This document shows positions 38,539 to 48,546 of a DNA stretch of 64,000 bases, piece after piece. Location of the stretch: the NCBI GenBank assembly GCA_963741955.1, contig CAVUKB010000007.1, positions 96,001-160,000 on the forward strand, given 5' to 3'. Below the pieces are notes generated by a model. The model had not been told where the DNA came from, made no database searches, and worked only from the letters and a program-made list of their open reading frames with translations. Source of the stretch: an uncultured Acidobacteriota bacterium. Its GTDB lineage: Bacteria > Acidobacteriota > Thermoanaerobaculia > Gp7-AA8. Numbering within the stretch: the stretch's first letter is position 1; the number at the start of each line of letters is the position of its first letter. The translations under genes and the position numbers were made by a program.

Positions 38539-38663
38539 GCACGACCTCCTCGTCAGACCGCGGAAATGATAGCGCCGAAAGGGGGAACGCCGGTCGGGAT
38601 CTCCGTCCGGCGTGGCCCCTGCCGAGCCGTCGAATGAGCAGGACTCGATGTTCGCTCGTCGAA

Positions 38664-39092
38664 CTACGCAGGGAGTCGTTCGGTCCGGGCCGATTCCGCC
38701 TTGAGGAGATCGCGGATCTCGGCGAGGATCAGCACCTCCTCCGATGGAGCGGGCGGTGCTTTTGGAGCTTCTTCTTTCCGCCTTTTGAGCGCGTTCACCG
38801 TTCTGATCAGGAGGAATACGGCGAAGCCGATGATGATGAAGTCGATCAGCGTCTGGAAGAATTGACCATACGCGATGACGACCGCGGGAGCGTCGGCGGT
38901 GGCCGCTTTGATGGTGACTGCGAGGTCCGAAAAATCGACTCCTCCGAGAAGCACACCGATCGGCGGCATGACGACATCCGCGACGAGTGAGGAGACGATC
39001 TTCCCGAAGGCCGCACCGATGACGATGCCGACCGCCATGTCCACCACGTTCCCTTTGGCGGCGAATTCACGAAACTCTTTCACCATGCTCAT
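38664..39092 (-). CDS. mscL: Large-conductance mechanosensitive channel
   Basis: [42 protein letters not shown]. Confidence 0.96.
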   Translation of the reverse strand: MSMVKEFREFAAKGNVVDMAVGIVIGAAFGKIVSSLVADVVMPPIGVLLGGVDFSDLAVTIKAATADAPAVVIAYGQFFQTLIDFIIIGFAVFLLIRTVNALKRRKEEAPKAPPAPSEEVLILAEIRDLLKAESARTERLPA

Positions 39093-39174
39093 ATCCAGCT
39101 CCTCCGGATCGCATTAATCGGGTTCGACCTCAGTATAGGCCGTTGGATGAGTGCGGGGGGAGCGGAGGTGCTTT

Positions 39175-40053
39175 TCAGCGTGATCGCCAGATCGCCCGGG
39201 ATATCTTCGCCACAGTCTTCCGGGCGATCTCCCGCGACTTCGCGTCGTGGGTCATGACCACGAGGATGTACGGCGATGCATCGGGCGGATAGACGATCGC
39301 GGCGTCGTGGTAGATCGCGGTGATCGAGCCGGTCTTGTGCGCGACCTCGACGTTCTTCGGGAGTCCGGCGGGGATTCCTTCGTTGAACTCCTGCCCCTTC
39401 AGGATGTCGATCATCTTCGCCGCGGCGCTCTCCGGGTTCTTGCCTTTCTCCGCGATCCACTGAAGCACGAGCATCATGTCGTACGCCGTGGTGGTGTTGT
39501 TCATTCCGTGCTCGAACGCCTTGATGTCTTCGACCCCGCGCAGGACCTGGATCTCGTTCGCGCCGATCGCGTGCATCCGCGCCATCACTTCCGTCGCCCC
39601 GACCAGCTCGATCAGGTTGTCCGTGGCGAGATTCGAGCTGCGCACGATCATCCGCCGCATCAGTTCGCGGAGAGGCACCTCCTCTCCCAGCATCGAGTAG
39701 AGCTCCTGATCGGAGTCCTCCTTCGGGTCGACCGCGAATGTCGACCCGTCGTAGATGCTCACGAACGAGTTCTTCACCTCCACCGGCTGGTCGAGCGAGA
39801 GCGACCCTTCGTCGATGGCGTGGAAGAGTGCCACCATCACCGGGACCTTCATCGTGCTGGCTGCGTGCATGCTGACGTGCTCGTTCCGCAGCAGTGTCTC
39901 TCCCGTTCCGAGATCGCGATACGCGACGGCGATGGTGCCGATCGGCGCGGAACGGATGATCCCGTCGACCCGCTCGGCCATGGTGGCCGGCTTCGGTTGC
40001 GACGCACAGGCTGCGAGAGAGAGGGAAAGGAGGAGTGGGATGGCGTTGCGCAT
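39175..40053 (-). CDS. Class A beta-lactamase-related serine hydrolase, lipoprotein
   Basis: SxxK (ASTMK), SSN, HKTG; lipobox LAAC. Confidence 0.88.
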   Translation of the reverse strand: MRNAIPLLLSLSLAACASQPKPATMAERVDGIIRSAPIGTIAVAYRDLGTGETLLRNEHVSMHAASTMKVPVMVALFHAIDEGSLSLDQPVEVKNSFVSIYDGSTFAVDPKEDSDQELYSMLGEEVPLRELMRRMIVRSSNLATDNLIELVGATEVMARMHAIGANEIQVLRGVEDIKAFEHGMNNTTTAYDMMLVLQWIAEKGKNPESAAAKMIDILKGQEFNEGIPAGLPKNVEVAHKTGSITAIYHDAAIVYPPDASPYILVVMTHDAKSREIARKTVAKISRAIWRSR

Positions 40054-40169
40054 GACGGGATTGTATGACGAGTGGCGAGCGACGAGTGGCGAGAGTCGGA
40101 CAGCTCGGACAGGTCTCAAAATCGTCTCTTACCGCTCCTGGTGAACCTTTTGCTTGAGTCCTCTCCCGC

Positions 40170-41429
40170 ATGGCTCTGTACGTCAGTAAACGTCTCGAGA
40201 GCGGGTCGATCCGCTTCCGGCTCGATCCTGCCACCGACCCGCAACCGGAGGAGTTCCGCTTCAGCACCGATCCGGCCGGTCAGTTCGCCAGGACGCGCAA
40301 TCACGGGTTCTTCTTCGCCGACCGCAGCGGCAGCGTCGACACGACGTCCGCCGGTTCGCGCCGCCGCTGGCGCGGTCCGCGCCTCGACTGGGGAATCTGG
40401 ACCTGGGCCGCGGTCGTGTTCGGCTTCTTCTTCGCGCTCCTCGGCGTCGCGGTCATCGCGCGTCGCGGGATCCACGGCCTCATCGAGGTGGTGATCGGGA
40501 TCGCGATCATCGTCACGCCGTTCGTCGTCACCGCGAAGCAGCGTCGCGACGAGCGGATCGAGCGAGAGCGCCTCGAAGCCGAGCGCGCGGAGACCGAACG
40601 GCGCAACCGCGAGATCATCGGATCGTTCGCGGCGAAACTCGAGCGACTGGGGAACGGCGAGTCGCCCCGCGATCTCGAAGAGATCCGGAACGAGCGCCGC
40701 TCACGCGACATCCCTTACGATGCCGTCGCACCGATGGCCCGAGCCGCAGTGCTCCGGATCGGATTCCGCGAGCTGGCGGCCTATCCCGGGCGCGGCGCGA
40801 AGGTGATCGCGGAACGGGTCGACGCAGCGGCGGACGCGGTTGGTCTCACCTCCGACGACGCGACGGCGCTGAGAAACGAGCTCTATCGGACCGCGCTCTG
40901 GCACCTCATCGCGGATGGCCGGCTCGACGTTCCGGAGCGGCACGCACTCGACCAGCTCGGGAAGGCTCTGCGGATCGATCCCGGAGCGGTCGAGCTCGAA
41001 GCGCGAGCCGCGGATGAGTTCCAGCGGATCGTCGCACTCCTCGAGAACGGAGCGCCGGAAACGAAGGTCCCCTTCAAGATGCGTCTCCGCGAGACCTGCC
41101 ATCATCACGGACCGGCGACACGGATGCGGAACCAGAAAGAACGGATCTCAGAGAATGGAAAACGCCGAAGGGTCCGGAGGTGGAAGCCCGCGGGAGAATG
41201 CGATCTCTGGGTCACCTCGAGGCGACTGATCCTGAACGGAGCGAAGCACGAAGAGCTCGCTCTGGACGAGGTCGACGACCTCGAGCTCGATGCAGATCAG
41301 AACCTTCTCACCGTGGTCACCGCGGACCCGAATAAGCGCGCTACGCTCTCGACGGAAGAGCCGATGTACACCGCGACGCTGATCGAGCTGCTCGCCCATC
41401 GTGCTCGTCGCATCGCGATGCATTCGTGA
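40170..41429 (+). CDS. Hypothetical membrane protein
   Basis: Two TM helices, coiled coil, helical middle, beta-rich C-terminus; good codon usage. Confidence 0.7.
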   Translation: MALYVSKRLESGSIRFRLDPATDPQPEEFRFSTDPAGQFARTRNHGFFFADRSGSVDTTSAGSRRRWRGPRLDWGIWTWAAVVFGFFFALLGVAVIARRGIHGLIEVVIGIAIIVTPFVVTAKQRRDERIERERLEAERAETERRNREIIGSFAAKLERLGNGESPRDLEEIRNERRSRDIPYDAVAPMARAAVLRIGFRELAAYPGRGAKVIAERVDAAADAVGLTSDDATALRNELYRTALWHLIADGRLDVPERHALDQLGKALRIDPGAVELEARAADEFQRIVALLENGAPETKVPFKMRLRETCHHHGPATRMRNQKERISENGKRRRVRRWKPAGECDLWVTSRRLILNGAKHEELALDEVDDLELDADQNLLTVVTADPNKRATLSTEEPMYTATLIELLAHRARRIAMHS

Positions 41430-41600
41430 GAGCCCGGAGGGCATTCGCAGGCACCCGGATCTGTTAGAATCCACCGTCCGCAGGGCTCCTGCCGGCCGCT
41501 CCGGTTCCGGGCGGGCGTGTCGAGTCCGGCCGCGGATCCGGGCAGGTGAGTCCCTCCGGGATTCTTCATACGACAGATCTGACGCAAGGAGTTTCACTCG

Positions 41601-43100
<1,500 letters not shown>

Positions 43101-43310
43101 GCTTCGTTGCGCCGGAACGATGCCGGCGTCCCGCGGCGAAATTGTCAGGAGCTTCGATCGAGTGTGGCGGTGCGAGACGCCGCCACGCATCGGCCGAAAC
43201 GTTCGACCTCGAGGCGAAAGGCACCGGCTCCGGAGATGCTCCTGCGGCCCGAGCTCGCCGGACCGGCTACAATAGAACCTTCGTGTTTGCGGCACGAGAC
43301 AGGAGGTGCG

Positions 43311-44636
43311 ATGCGAACGATCCGGCTCATTCTGATTCCTCTCATCTTTCTGGCCGCGTGCGTTCAGCCCGCACCACCACCGGAGGTCGAGCCCGTGACC
43401 GTCGACATCTTCGACCGGATGAACAACGTCGCCGAATCGTACGTGAAGCTGGTCCTCGCAGTCGGTCAGCACGATCCCGACTACGTCGACGCCTATTACG
43501 GACCTCCCGCGTGGCGCGACGAAGCGAAAGCAGAGAAGAAATCACTCGACGCCATCGCCGACCGTGCGCGTCTCGTCCGCGCCTGGCTGCAGGACATCAC
43601 GCCACCACCATCTGCGTCACTCCTCGGGCTTCGTTACGCCTATCTGCAGCATCAGCTCGACGCTTTGATAGCTCGGGTGGAGATGCTGCAGGGGAAGAAG
43701 TTCTCCTTCGACCAGGAGACGAAGGCGCTGTACGACGCGACTATCCCGCACTACGACGTGGAGCATTACGACGCGCTCCTTCGCGAGCTCGATTCCGCGG
43801 TGCCCGGTGACGGTCCGCTTCCGCAACGGCTCGAGGCGTACCGTCGCGGCTTCGTCATCCCGAACGACAAGCTCGATGCTGTGTTCCAGGCGGCGATCCA
43901 CGAGTGCAAGGCGAGAACGCTCTCCGCGATGGAACTCCCTCCCGGCGAGAGCTTCTCGGTGGAGTACGTGACCAACCAGCCGTGGAGCGGCTACAACTGG
44001 TATCAGGGGAAGTTCCGCAGCATCATTCAGGTCAACACCGACATGCCGATCTACATCGATCGCGCGATCGACCTCGCCTGCCACGAAGGATATCCCGGAC
44101 ATCACGTCTACAACATGCTCCTCGAGAAGACGCTGGTCGACGGGCAGGGATGGGTCGAATATACGGTCTACCCGCTCTTCAGTCCGCAGTCGCTGATCGC
44201 CGAAGGGAGTGCGAACTTCGGAATCGAGATGGCGTTTCCCGGGAACGAGAGGACGAAGTTCGAGAGCGAGACGCTCTTTCCGCTCGCGGGGCTCGATCCG
44301 TCGACGGCCGCGCAGTACGACCGGGTTCAGGCCCTGGTCGAGAAGCTCGGTTATGCGCAGAACGAAGCGGCGCGAGGGTTCCTCGACGGGACGATGACCA
44401 ATGACGAGGCGCTGCAGTGGCTCGAGAAGTATGCGCTGATGTCACCCGAGCGCGCCGAACAACGCCTCCGGTTCATCCAGCGCTACCGCAGTTACGTGAT
44501 CAACTACAACTACGGAAAAGATCTCGTGCGCTACTACGTCGAATCGAATGGCGGGACGGAAGACAACCCGAGCACTCGGTGGAAGATCTTCGAGACGCTC
44601 CTCTCGACTCCCCGCGTTGCGTCCGGTCTGCATTAG
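43311..44636 (+). CDS. DUF885-like lipoprotein (possible metallopeptidase)
   Basis: Lipobox LAAC; HEGYPGHH and IAEG motifs; AGGAGG RBS. Confidence 0.75.
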   Translation: MRTIRLILIPLIFLAACVQPAPPPEVEPVTVDIFDRMNNVAESYVKLVLAVGQHDPDYVDAYYGPPAWRDEAKAEKKSLDAIADRARLVRAWLQDITPPPSASLLGLRYAYLQHQLDALIARVEMLQGKKFSFDQETKALYDATIPHYDVEHYDALLRELDSAVPGDGPLPQRLEAYRRGFVIPNDKLDAVFQAAIHECKARTLSAMELPPGESFSVEYVTNQPWSGYNWYQGKFRSIIQVNTDMPIYIDRAIDLACHEGYPGHHVYNMLLEKTLVDGQGWVEYTVYPLFSPQSLIAEGSANFGIEMAFPGNERTKFESETLFPLAGLDPSTAAQYDRVQALVEKLGYAQNEAARGFLDGTMTNDEALQWLEKYALMSPERAEQRLRFIQRYRSYVINYNYGKDLVRYYVESNGGTEDNPSTRWKIFETLLSTPRVASGLH

Positions 44637-44677
44637 GCCGGGGTTGTCACACCATCCCTGCTGCAGGGCGCTTCGCT

Positions 44678-44734
44678 TCTGCGGAAGGGGCGCCGCGGCT
44701 TCTGCCGCGGCCGGCACGGCGGAAGCCGTGCCGC
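44678..44734. repeat. Family D double-hairpin repeat, copy 3
   Basis: Matches 16254-16309. Confidence 0.85.
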
Positions 44735-44787
44735 TCAACCTGCGATGGCAGAATCACTCCTGCTGCGAAAGCGAATCGCGGTCGTCT

Positions 44788-45603
44788 CTACCCTTTCGTC
44801 GCGCCGGCGGTGAGCCCCGTGACGATCCGTCGCTGGAACAGAAGCACCAGTGCGGCGACCGGGATGGTCGCGATGACCGCCGCCGCAAGGATCTCGCCCC
44901 ATGGCACCTGATACTGCCCGCGGAAGAGCGCGATCGCGACCGGAACGGTCTGACGTTCCGGCCCGAGGGTGAACGAGAGCGCGAAGAGAAACTCGTTCCA
45001 GCAGTAGATGAAGGTGAGGATCGCCGTCGTGGCGATTCCCGGCGCCGCCAGCGGGAGCACGACGCGCGAGAAGACCTGCCAACGGCTTGCGCCGTCGATC
45101 CGCGCCGCTTCTTCGAGATCCACCGGGATCTGGTGGAAGTAGCTCGTCAGGAGCCAGACCGCCAGAGGAAGTGCGAACGTCAGGTACGGCGCGATCAGTC
45201 CGGGGTACGTGTCGATCAGATGAAGAGCGCGCAGGATCATGAAGAGGGGGCTCACGATCGAGATCTGCGGAAACATCGAGACGCCGAGGATGAACGCGAG
45301 GATGGCTCCGCGTCCGCGGAAACGGAGGCGCGCGAGGCCGTACGCTGCGAGCGACCCGAGGACCACCGCGAGGAAAGACGTTGCACCCGCAACGACGAGA
45401 GAGTTTCGGATCGGAAGCCAGAAGCTTCGTTTCGTGAAGAGTGCGGAGTAATGAGAGAGCGTCCACGCCTCTCCCCAGGCTCCCCCTCCGAAGAGCGCGG
45501 TCTCCGGGCGGAACGACGCGACGAGCGCCCATACCAGAGGTGCCGCCGCGAAAAGCGACAGTGCTCCGATCGCGATCCCCGATCCGAACCGGCCTCTCTT
45601 CAT
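44788..45603 (-). CDS. Carbohydrate ABC transporter permease (MalG-like)
   Basis: EAA loop LEEAARIDGAS, WNEFLFAL, FQRRIVTGLTAGATKG. Confidence 0.93.
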   Translation of the reverse strand: MKRGRFGSGIAIGALSLFAAAPLVWALVASFRPETALFGGGAWGEAWTLSHYSALFTKRSFWLPIRNSLVVAGATSFLAVVLGSLAAYGLARLRFRGRGAILAFILGVSMFPQISIVSPLFMILRALHLIDTYPGLIAPYLTFALPLAVWLLTSYFHQIPVDLEEAARIDGASRWQVFSRVVLPLAAPGIATTAILTFIYCWNEFLFALSFTLGPERQTVPVAIALFRGQYQVPWGEILAAAVIATIPVAALVLLFQRRIVTGLTAGATKG

Positions 45604-46484
45604 CGCTCCTCCGCCATCGGCGATCCGATCGCGCGGATATAGAGCATCGCGAGAGCGAACGTCACCAGGAATACCACCACCGAGAGCGCGGAGCCGTAGC
45701 CGAAGCGGAGCGTCTCGAAGAGCGTGTTGAACGTATAGAGCGCGATCGGTTCGGTCGCCGTCCCCGGGCCGCCCCCGGTCAGCACGTACACGAGGTCGAA
45801 CAGTCGGAACGCGTCGAGAGTCCGGAAGATCGCAGTGACCAGAATCGCCGGACGGAGGATCGGAATGGTGATCCGGAAGAGACGTGACGCCGCGCCGGCC
45901 CCGTCCACTGCGGCCGCCTCCCACACTTCGGCCGGGATTCCCTGCAGTCCCGCCAGGAGGAGCAGCGCGACGAACGGGGTCGTCTTCCAGACGTCCGCGA
46001 GAATGAGGGGAACCCACGCGGCAATCGGATGGCTGAACCAGACCGGAGCCTTCGCGACGAGGCCGGTGTCGAGCACGAGACGATCGACGATCCCTCCCGA
46101 CTGGAACATGAAACGCCAGAGGAGTCCGGCGACGACGGTCGGGATCGCCCAAGGCACCAGCGTCGCTGCGCGGATCACCCCCCTTCCGCGGAAAACGCGG
46201 TTGAGGGAGATCGCGAGGGCGAGACCGAGCACGAGCTCCAGAGCCACGGAGATGACGGTGAAGACGAGCGTGTGCATGAGCGCGGCGACGAAGCGTGGAT
46301 CGGACAGAATCTCGACGTAGTTCGCGAGCCCGACGAACGGCCGCCCGAGCCACGGCATCCGGAGATCGTGGTGATGGAACGACTCCCACACCGTCCAGGC
46401 GAGCGGGAAGAGTGCGACCAGCGCGATCACTCCCACTGCCGGAGAGACGAACATCCAGGCCGCACGACGGTCTCGGGATCGCAT
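45600..46484 (-). CDS. Carbohydrate ABC transporter permease (MalF-like)
   Basis: FVGLANY, DVWKTTPF, EAAAVDGA, LTGGGPG. Confidence 0.93.
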   Translation of the reverse strand: MRSRDRRAAWMFVSPAVGVIALVALFPLAWTVWESFHHHDLRMPWLGRPFVGLANYVEILSDPRFVAALMHTLVFTVISVALELVLGLALAISLNRVFRGRGVIRAATLVPWAIPTVVAGLLWRFMFQSGGIVDRLVLDTGLVAKAPVWFSHPIAAWVPLILADVWKTTPFVALLLLAGLQGIPAEVWEAAAVDGAGAASRLFRITIPILRPAILVTAIFRTLDAFRLFDLVYVLTGGGPGTATEPIALYTFNTLFETLRFGYGSALSVVVFLVTFALAMLYIRAIGSPMAEER

Positions 46485-47776
46485 CAGCGGACCTCGCTCA
46501 CTGCGCTGGAGACATGACCCCCCGGTGGGTCCGCACTCGCCAGACCGGACCGCCGGATGATCTGTCGCATCTTCGCGGCCGCAGCCCGCAGTGCGTCGCC
46601 GGGTCTCGATTGTCCCGAGAGAGCGCGGTGAAGATGGATCTGGAGAACGTCGGAGAGCTGCGAGTAGATCGGAGTGACCGGACGGGGGACCGCCGCATCG
46701 ACCACCGGAAGGAGCATCTCCGGAGAGGGGCCGAGCGCCTCGCGGAGTCGCGGGTCGGAGAAGAGCGAGCGTCTCGCGGGAATCTGGCCGACCACCGATG
46801 CACGCTCGAGCATCTGCTCGGGAGCGGTGAGATACGAGACCAGAGTCCAGGCAGCATCGGGATGAGGCGACGCGCTGTTGATCGCGAGCTCCGACCCTCC
46901 GAGTGCGGAGGTCGCGTGTCCGCCGGGAGCGGCGGGAAGAGGCATGACCGCGAAGCGGCCGGCGACGCTCGACTTTTCCCGGTCGGAGAGGAGGCTCCAC
47001 GCGTACGGCCAGTTACGCATCATCGCGCAACGGCCGTTCTGAAACGCGAAACGTGCCTCTTCCTCGTGCCAGGTGAGAACCTCTTCCGGTGCGATGTGCC
47101 AGCGCGTGATCTCGTCGCGCATGAACTCGAGCGCGCGGATCCCGGCGGGGGAATCGACGGTCACGTTCCCGTCGTCGTCGAGAATCGTGCCGCCGAACGC
47201 GCCGAGATATTCGACGAAGACCGTCACCAGACCTTCGTACCGGGCGCCCTCCCATCCGATACCGCAGGGAACCGACGCGGACTGCGCCCCGCGCGCCGCA
47301 GCGGCGAGTGCGTCGAGCGATTCGGGGACCGAGGGGATGAGATCGGTGCGCCGGTAGATCATCCCCACGTCGACGAACCAGGGAACGGCGTACAGCGTGC
47401 CGCGCCAGCGGTTCGCGGTCAGCGTAGCGGGGAAGAAGTCGCCGCTCTCCGGACGGAAGCGATCGAGCGGAAGGATCCATCCGGCGGCGGCGAACTCCGG
47501 AGTCCAGACGATGTCGAGCTGCAGGACGTCGGGACGTCCCACGCGCGCGTTGAGCCACTGCACGAAAAGCTGGTGGCGTTGCGTCGCGTCGTCCGGAGTC
47601 GGCTGGATCTCGACGTGAATTCCGCGATGGAGTCGTTCGAATCGCGCGATCTGAGTGCGAAGGAGATCGGCTTCCTTCCCCACTGCGCTGCCGGAGATGG
47701 TGATCTGAGTGCCCGACTCGCTCCGGCCGCACGAGCAGAGAGCGAGCGCGAGAGCGATGATCACGATCCGGCGCAT
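46484..47776 (-). CDS. Carbohydrate ABC transporter substrate-binding lipoprotein (trehalose/maltose-like)
   Basis: Lipobox LCSC; DIVW..EFA, YEGL, MRNWPYA, LGG..LAIN, RPVTP.Y. Confidence 0.9.
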   Translation of the reverse strand: MRRIVIIALALALCSCGRSESGTQITISGSAVGKEADLLRTQIARFERLHRGIHVEIQPTPDDATQRHQLFVQWLNARVGRPDVLQLDIVWTPEFAAAGWILPLDRFRPESGDFFPATLTANRWRGTLYAVPWFVDVGMIYRRTDLIPSVPESLDALAAAARGAQSASVPCGIGWEGARYEGLVTVFVEYLGAFGGTILDDDGNVTVDSPAGIRALEFMRDEITRWHIAPEEVLTWHEEEARFAFQNGRCAMMRNWPYAWSLLSDREKSSVAGRFAVMPLPAAPGGHATSALGGSELAINSASPHPDAAWTLVSYLTAPEQMLERASVVGQIPARRSLFSDPRLREALGPSPEMLLPVVDAAVPRPVTPIYSQLSDVLQIHLHRALSGQSRPGDALRAAAAKMRQIIRRSGLASADPPGGHVSSAVSEVR

Positions 47777-47913
47777 GCAGGAAGGATACAAGGTTGTGGA
47801 TTGCCGGTCGCGGTGAGTCCGGCGACGCGACTCGTCCTGCCCTTCTCCTCCGCAGCAGCGCAGCCGTCTCCGATTCGTCGTTCGCCGGGAAAATCGGGTA
47901 ACGTAACGCACCC

Positions 47914-48447
47914 ATGAGCTACTGCGACGCCGCCAAAGGACACCCCTGGCATGCCCCCTACCATGATGAAGAGTACGGCTTTCCGACCCGGGACGAGATC
48001 GCGCTCTTCGAGCGCCTGGTGCTCGAGATCAATCAGGCCGGGCTCTCGTGGCTCACCATCCTCAAGAAACGTGAAGGGTTCCGGAAGGCATACGCCGGCT
48101 TCCAGCCGAAACGCGTCGCACGTTTCGGGGCTCGCGACCGGAAACGCCTCCTTTCCGATCCGTCGATCATCCGCAACCGGCTGAAAGTCGACGCCGCGAT
48201 CGAGAATGCCCGCCGGGTGGTGGCGATTCAGGACCAGTACGGCTCGTTCGCGCAGTGGCTCGATCAGCACCATCCGCTCGGGAAAGACGAGTGGGTGAAG
48301 CTCTTCCGGAAGACGTTCCGGTTCACCGGAGGCGAGATCACGGGTGAGTTCCTGATCAGCACCGGCTATCTCCCCGGTGCACACGACGAGACGTGCCCCG
48401 TGTTCCGGAAGATCTCCCGGCAGAAGCCTCCCTGGATGCGGAGATAG
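47914..48447 (+). CDS. tag: DNA-3-methyladenine glycosylase I
   Basis: YHDEEYG, LEINQAGLSWLTILKKR, IIRNRLKV.A, H...C. Confidence 0.93.
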   Translation: MSYCDAAKGHPWHAPYHDEEYGFPTRDEIALFERLVLEINQAGLSWLTILKKREGFRKAYAGFQPKRVARFGARDRKRLLSDPSIIRNRLKVDAAIENARRVVAIQDQYGSFAQWLDQHHPLGKDEWVKLFRKTFRFTGGEITGEFLISTGYLPGAHDETCPVFRKISRQKPPWMRR

Positions 48448-48489
48448 CGGCGAAGCAGCGAGAGAAATCCCGGTCGCAACCCGCAACGC

Positions 48490-48523
48490 AAAAAGAAAGG
48501 CCCGCCGCGTCGCGCGGCGGGCC
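48490..48523 (-). terminator. Intrinsic terminator of the M4 protease gene
   Basis: 11-bp stem ggcccgccgcg/cgcggcgggcc with an A-rich tract (U tail on minus strand). Confidence 0.8.
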
Positions 48524-48546
48524 CTGAGTGAAGAGAGCAGAGCCTC

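Noticed and set aside
39175-40053. Bona fide antibiotic-resistance class A beta-lactamase
   Set aside because: SxxK, SxN and KTG are present but the SDN and omega-loop signatures are atypical; only a beta-lactamase-related hydrolase is supportable
41430-41600. Canonical SAH or SAM-I riboswitch
   Set aside because: Signature motifs (GAGGAGCGUUGC...CAGGCUC; AUCAAGAG...GCAACC) are absent
44788-47776. Defective sugar ABC transporter (no ATPase gene)
   Set aside because: Carbohydrate ABC systems commonly share a MalK/MsmX ATPase encoded elsewhere
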